A DNA stretch of 64,000 nt, taken from Diplonema japonicum (Eukaryota; Protista; Euglenozoa: Diplonemea). The stretch covers positions 1-64,000 of the forward strand of contig OZ025704.1 of the NCBI GenBank assembly GCA_964019335.1. Reading direction: 5' to 3'. A model generated the notes under the pieces. That model had not been told where the DNA came from. It worked only from the letters and a program-made list of their open reading frames with translations, and ran no database searches. The position numbers and the translations under genes are program-made. Numbering within the stretch: position 1 is the stretch's first letter; every line of letters begins with the position of its first letter. Positions 58,745-64,000 of the stretch are shown piece after piece.

Positions 58745-59802
58745 ACTCATCTTCAGACGCCAAAAGAGGGAAGAAGCGGCTTCGAAGTGACGACTCTTAC
58801 GATGCATCCAAAACAGCAAGTAAGAACAAGGGTGTGCATGCCGACGCCGCTGAAAACATGGAAACAGAAGACGAGGAAGAAGAAGACGAAGAGGAGGAAG
58901 AGGAAGACGAGTACAAGGAACCGAGCAGGTTCATCAACGAAGAGTTCATCTTAGTTCCGACTTCGTGGGCGAGACAGTTTGTCTCATGGATACACTGCAC
59001 ATCACTGGAAAACCCGGTGTCGAAGCCAGAACCCTTCACAAATGATCGATTTTACTGCAAACATAAAAAACTGGCGTATGATGTCAGGCGGCACATCCCG
59101 CCGGCAACGAAGAAAGAAAGGGAGAAAATGTTGCACCCGACACCAGATCTTCCCTTCGAGATTATCCCAAGCGACTGTCTCCAACACCTGCAGGACAACG
59201 ATCTTATCAACGAGGAGGCTCCTGCAGCATACTTATCAATATATGATGCAAATCGGGAAACAATCGTGATGGAGGGAACACCAGGTTCATGCACCGAAGG
59301 ATGCGTTGACGAAGTGCTGGCCACAGCGAAATTTGAACGGCAGAATTTTGTCAGTGGCTCACTGCGGCTCGAACCTGCGACCGATCGAAAATCTAAAAAA
59401 GTGAAACCTGTTGTTCTCACCAACATTGCTTCTGAAGACAGTGTTTACGAGCTCATGCTGCGCGTCTTTAACGAAACAGAGGTTGAGATTTCTTACCAAG
59501 AGCTCTCCTATAATGGTGGGGTTATAAATGATGATCCTCAGGCGCCGTTGAGCCTGTATGGGGTGGAGGATGGTGGGACCATTGTTCTGAAGTTCTTGGC
59601 GGTACCGAGGTCGTTGCATGTGCCGACACCCGGGCCTACCTCTCCAGTTATCGAAACGGGTTTCACTTCGTCAAGGCTGCAGGGAAACCGTCTTCCCGCT
59701 GCATCGCCGCCTGCGGCTCCCCCCAGTTCAAACGAATGGGCTTGTGGTGTCTGTACTTTCCTCAATTCAGCACCGCCGCCTTGTTCGATGTGTGGAAGTT
59801 GA
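55906..59802 (+). CDS. USP48/UBP26-like deubiquitinase with DUSP-like, UBL and C-terminal NZF/RanBP2 finger regions
   Basis: GLRNLSLTCYINAILQ, QQDAHEF, HHGSSAHGGHY, ETGF..S.L and WACGVCTFLN…CSMC. Introns 58192-58244, 58359-58410, 58531-58575 and 58693-58743. Confidence 0.88.
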
Positions 59803-60043
59803 TATTATCCCTTTGAATTTTTTTTTTTTTTTTTTCCTCAGAAGAAACAAAAAAAAAAGGGGGGGAGAAAAAAAAAAAGCCGCCTTCCTACCCTATTATT
59901 GTGATTTTTTTTTTCTTCTTCCCCCGCTTTTTTTTTTATATACTTTACTAGCCATTGAGGAAGAAAAAAAAAAGAAGAAGAAGAAGAAGAAGAAGAAAAA
60001 ACAGCAGAAAAACAAGGGAGACAAAAAAAAATAACTCAACAAG

Positions 60044-60083
<40 letters not shown>

Positions 60084-60198
60084 GAAGTGTTTTTTTTTTT
60101 CTCATACCCCTTCCCCTCTTTTTCTTTTTTCCAGCCTCATGCTTTCCTCTACACCTTCCAAACAGAGCTTTATAGGAATAAAAAAAAAAAAAAAAAAA

Positions 60199-60606
60199 AT
60201 GCAGCCCGGCTACAGCCCCTTGCAGCCCAACGAGGAGTATGCGATAACTGATAAAAACGGTAACGTTGTTGTTTTGACTGAAGAACAAGTCCGCGCTGCG
60301 GGTGGTGAAGGGTGCTACTATGAGGGTGACCTGGACGGATTTGATGAAGGTGGGGGCAAGGATCGAGGTGTCCTCTCCTTTGGGGTCAAGATGATGATCA
60401 GGAGGAAGATCTATAAATACGTAAAAGGGAAGGTTTTCAGACGTAAGAGAGAGTGCCCAATGGATCAGCAAGCTTACCACCCTCAACAAGGCTATCCACA
60501 GGACCAGCAAGCTTACCCTCCTCCCCAACAAGGGTACCCCCCTCAACATGGTTATCCTCAACAGCAGCCCGGGTACGGCCCCCCCCAGGGATATCCTCAA
60601 GTGTAG
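60199..60606 (+). CDS. Small protein with a C-terminal (P/Q/G/Y)-rich repeat tail
   Basis: ATG directly after an A-run; MQPGYSPLQP…PQQGYP repeats. Confidence 0.7.
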   Translation: MQPGYSPLQPNEEYAITDKNGNVVVLTEEQVRAAGGEGCYYEGDLDGFDEGGGKDRGVLSFGVKMMIRRKIYKYVKGKVFRRKRECPMDQQAYHPQQGYPQDQQAYPPPQQGYPPQHGYPQQQPGYGPPQGYPQV

Positions 60607-60646
60607 ACGGCACCTTCCTAAGCGTGTCACTGTGAGAAGGACCGCA

Positions 60647-60696
<50 letters not shown>

Positions 60697-61488
60697 CCTC
60701 TCACGGATGACCCCATCTTTCTCTCATTCCTCATTTACCCAAATTTAACAGTGACTCAAGATTGGGAGTAGTATTTTCAAAAAAGAAAAAAAAAAAGAAA
60801 TGTTCCCCTCGTTTCATTGTTTAAACTTGAATATCTTTTCTCCCCCCCCCAAAAAAAACAGTCTTTGCCCCCTTGTGGTGAAGTCCCGAGTTGTTGTGAA
60901 ATAAAACCACTTACCCACCGCCAAGGAATGACTCTACCGTACTCGAGGTGGTCATACTTGCTGGCAGTAAATTGTTGTCTCCCCCCTTTTTTTTTTCTTC
61001 TTGCAGTCCTTGTCTGTGAGAGGGCCTTCAAAGGATTTCGCACCTTTTTCATTATTTCAAAAGAAATGAATGAAGAAAGAAAAAAAAAAAAAAAAAAAAA
61101 AAAAAAAGGTACAAAAGAAAATAGAAAGTAGTTTCAAATTAGTTATGTGAAATAGTAAAGAAGAGCAGAGCAGGAAGGGAAGCCAACGTGAGCAAACAAA
61201 AAAAAAAAGTGGAAAAAAAGAAGAAAGGAGGGAGGAAGGGATCACGCCCACTCTGCGTAGAAATCAGCCCGACAGGTGCAAGCGTGTCCTCCCCCCCCCC
61301 CCCCCCCCCCCCCCTTCTTCTTATGTGTTTGGGGTTTGCATATATCCTCCTTCCTCTCCCCTCACTCACCCCACCGAAAAAGCAACGTTTATCTAAAGAA
61401 TATTTTTTTTCTTCTTCTTAGCCTAACTAGCCATTGATAAAAAAAAAAAAAAAAAAGAGAAAAAAAGAAAAGAAGAAAACAAAAAAAA

Positions 61489-62286
61489 ATGGCGGTGACA
61501 GCATCGCAAGTGATCAACCCGGACCTAAGGGGGACGAGGAAGGATCCGAGCAAGAGGAAGTACCTCCCTCCCAGTGCGGGGAGTCCGTTGGGGGATTTTC
61601 CGGGAGACTGGGTGAAACCTGCTGCGAGGGTGCAGAGGGTGAAAGTCCCAGTTGAGGCCATGTCAATGACACAAGCCTACCGGACAAAGGGAAGCGGCAA
61701 CGGTGGCAACTGCAGCAGCCTGAATAAAGGAAAGGTCGCAGACAGACCTAGAGCACCTGTAGCCGGTGCCTTCAAGCGTAGGATCATCCAACCAACAGAG
61801 TTCAGGAGGTTCTACGACAGAGGTGATCTCCCCATTGCCATCCAGCACAAGGGGAACGGCAACAAAATTGACTGGAAAGTGGATATTGAAAAGCTGGACT
61901 ACCACCACTACCTCCCCATATTCTTCGATGGTCTGAGAGAAAAGGAAGACCCTTACAGGTTCCTATCCGTCCAGGGGAGCTTCGACCTTTTGGAAAAGGG
62001 CGGCAGCAAGATTCTCCCCACCATTCCCCAGCTTATCATCCCCATCAAGACCGCGTTAAATACACGGGACCCTGAGATTATTTGCACGATGCTGAAAGTG
62101 CTTCAGCAGCTGGTGGTGTCTGGGGAGCTTATTGGCGAGGCACTCGTGCCGTACTACAGGCAGATTCTCCCTGTTTGCAACCTTTTCAAGTCGAAAAATC
62201 GTAACACCGGGGACGAGATTGATTATGGACAACGTAAGCGTAGCAACTTGGGTGACCTAATCGAAGAGACACTTCAGGTATTTAAA

Positions 62287-62321
<35 letters not shown>

Positions 62322-62407
62322 AGCTTCTTGAAATCCACGGGGGTGAAGATGCTTTCATCAACATTAAATACATGATACCGACTTACGAGTCATGTGTTTT
62401 GAACTAA
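61489..62407 (+). CDS. PACRG: Parkin co-regulated gene protein (axonemal inner junction)
   Basis: [38 protein letters not shown]. Intron 62278-62323 restores [20 protein letters not shown]. Confidence 0.96.
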
Positions 62408-62896
62408 AAAAAAAGAAAAAAATGTAAATATTTCTTTGAAAAAAAAAAAGAAAAAGAAAAAAAAAGACAAGCGATGGTATATGTAAAGACTATTCCCGTC
62501 GGTGGTGTGCACACACCTTTTTTTTAAGCCCTTTTTGTTACCCCCTCCCCCTTTTTTTTCTTCGGATGTGTGAATAAATATGTTTCTCCTTTATCACCCT
62601 GCCCCACCCAAAAAAAAAAAGAAGTCGGGAGAGATGGAGGTTTTGACGCCATTCTCCAAGAAAACCGGAAAAAAAAAAGTGTAAATAAAAAAAAAAAAAG
62701 CCTCGTGTAGAGGGTTTCCACAGTAAAAAAAAGGTGGTGTGAAAGAAGAAAGAAAAACCAACCCCCCCCCCGCCACCCCTTCTTTTTTTTTTTGTTCGTC
62801 CTCTCTCCGTCCCTCACTTCTATTTTCTTTTTTCTTTTTTTCTTCTCCTCTTCAAAAATTTAAAAAAAAAAAAAAGGCCCCAATAAAAAAAAAAAA

Positions 62897-64000
62897 ATGT
62901 GGGATTTTCGGCTGCTGGCCGCGTGCTGCCTAGTAGCAAGCATAGGAGGTACGAAAATATCGACAAAGCAGCCATTCGACTGCAGTGTGGAAGACTTGAA
63001 ACCAAAATGGATGGGTAAGAATGAGTTGGTCGTGAACTGCTTGCAGGTGGACAAAAACCAAGGGCGAGAAGGTGCCATATGGCACAGCGAAGACTCAGGC
63101 GCAAACTGGCAAATGCTGTCACTCGGAGAGTGTGACGACCCAAGCCGGTGCGTCTACGACTTCACAGAAGAGGACTTCAACCACGGCTTCATGATAACAA
63201 AGAAGGGCGGTATGGTGTGGACCCGTAACCAGGACGTTACCCGTTCCCTCTCAGACGGCAAGCTAATCTACTTCACAAAGATCATCCCTCACCCTAAACG
63301 GGACGGCCGTGTCCTCGGCCTCAGCCTTCTCTTCCAGAAAGATTGCAACCTTCACTACGACTGCCCTCACATGCTGCATTACTCCACCGACTTCGGGAAG
63401 ACTTTCACAATGTTGCTGGACTTCGCCGTCTGGCAGGCCGGGTGGGGGTCCCCCTCAGCCGAATATTATGACCCTGACGAGGTCTTCCTCATCATCAAAA
63501 AGGGTAAAGAAACCGGGAACTGGTCCCCCAAGGACTGGAACTGGCTCGAGACGTACCACATAAAAACGAAGAAGAGGGAGAAGCTTCTGCACGATGTGAC
63601 GTTCTTCCTGAATGTCGGGCGGTACACGTACTACCTCATGGAGGGGAAGGTGGCGAAGTACCTCATGGTGAGCACTAGCAACGGGAGGGTTGCCGTGAAG
63701 ACAGAGTTCCCCACCAACAAGGCAGAGGAGAGCTGGCGCATCATGCTCACCAGCGACGACGCTACCTTCGTCGCCGTGTACCACACAGACTGCAAACGGG
63801 GCAGCAACGTAGTCTCCTGGGGCAGCTTGTACCAGTCAGACGCCACGGGTGAGGACTTCGTCACGTCGATGGCGGACATCAGGTGGGGGCTGGAGTCCCG
63901 TCTGCCCGACTTCCACAAGGTGAACGGCATCGACGGTGTCTTCATCGCCAACACAGTGCTCGTCGACGAAGAGCAGTGCCGCTTGTGCAACGACCAGCAG
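62897..64000 (+). CDS. VPS10/sortilin-family receptor (5' part; runs off the window, so absent from the ORF track)
   Basis: Signal peptide MWDFRLLAACCLVAS. Asp-boxes WHSEDSGANW, HYSTDFGKTF and LYQSDATGEDF; also DFHKVNGIDGVFIAN. Confidence 0.85.
   Translation, partial: MWDFRLLAACCLVASIGGTKISTKQPFDCSVEDLKPKWMGKNELVVNCLQVDKNQGREGAIWHSEDSGANWQMLSLGECDDPSRCVYDFTEEDFNHGFMITKKGGMVWTRNQDVTRSLSDGKLIYFTKIIPHPKRDGRVLGLSLLFQKDCNLHYDCPHMLHYSTDFGKTFTMLLDFAVWQAGWGSPSAEYYDPDEVFLIIKKGKETGNWSPKDWNWLETYHIKTKKREKLLHDVTFFLNVGRYTYYLMEGKVAKYLMVSTSNGRVAVKTEFPTNKAEESWRIMLTSDDATFVAVYHTDCKRGSNVVSWGSLYQSDATGEDFVTSMADIRWGLESRLPDFHKVNGIDGVFIANTVLVDEEQCRLCNDQQ

Noticed and set aside
16255-59802. Functional ubiquitin gene cluster (UBL-ankyrin, LTN1, USP48-like)
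   Set aside because: The genes are scattered among unrelated ones and belong to large families; chance is sufficient.

Overview
Eukaryotic genomic DNA, most likely a diplonemid (Euglenozoa). This rests on a near-complete diplonemid-type spliced-leader (SL) exon at 6818-6855 (-), co-oriented genes and a euglenozoan-type Zn-ribbon/CCCH protein. Bases 1-16.1 kb are mobile-element-rich. A (GGGTTTGC)n array (1-483) is fused to a ~6.4-kb CRE/SLACS-type non-LTR retrotransposon (-), which is inserted into a decayed piggyBac; a second, deleted piggyBac and a decayed hAT follow. From 16.2 kb to the end, all recognisable host genes lie on +: UBL-ankyrin, a giant coiled-coil protein, a 3xRRM protein, Fuzzy-like, a TM protein, a TEY MAPK, an LRR protein, Listerin, MacroD, a 3178-aa multi-Cache membrane protein, a Zn-finger protein, three tRNAs, NAP1, USP48-like, a Gln/Pro/Tyr-rich protein, PACRG and VPS10/sortilin. 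Eight of these are split by tiny (31-56 nt) GT-AG introns with A/C-rich rather than pyrimidine-rich 3' ends. The main candidate for a new system is the retroelement. It begins with the SL, so it appears to be copied from a trans-spliced RNA, yet it still carries 2-3 host-type cis introns. Once these are spliced, it encodes one ~2000-aa polyprotein: AlkB dioxygenase, basic and hydrophobic segments, C2H2, OTU protease, C2H2, RT, CCHC and RLE. All gene models and domain calls were made by eye from motifs; no searches were run.
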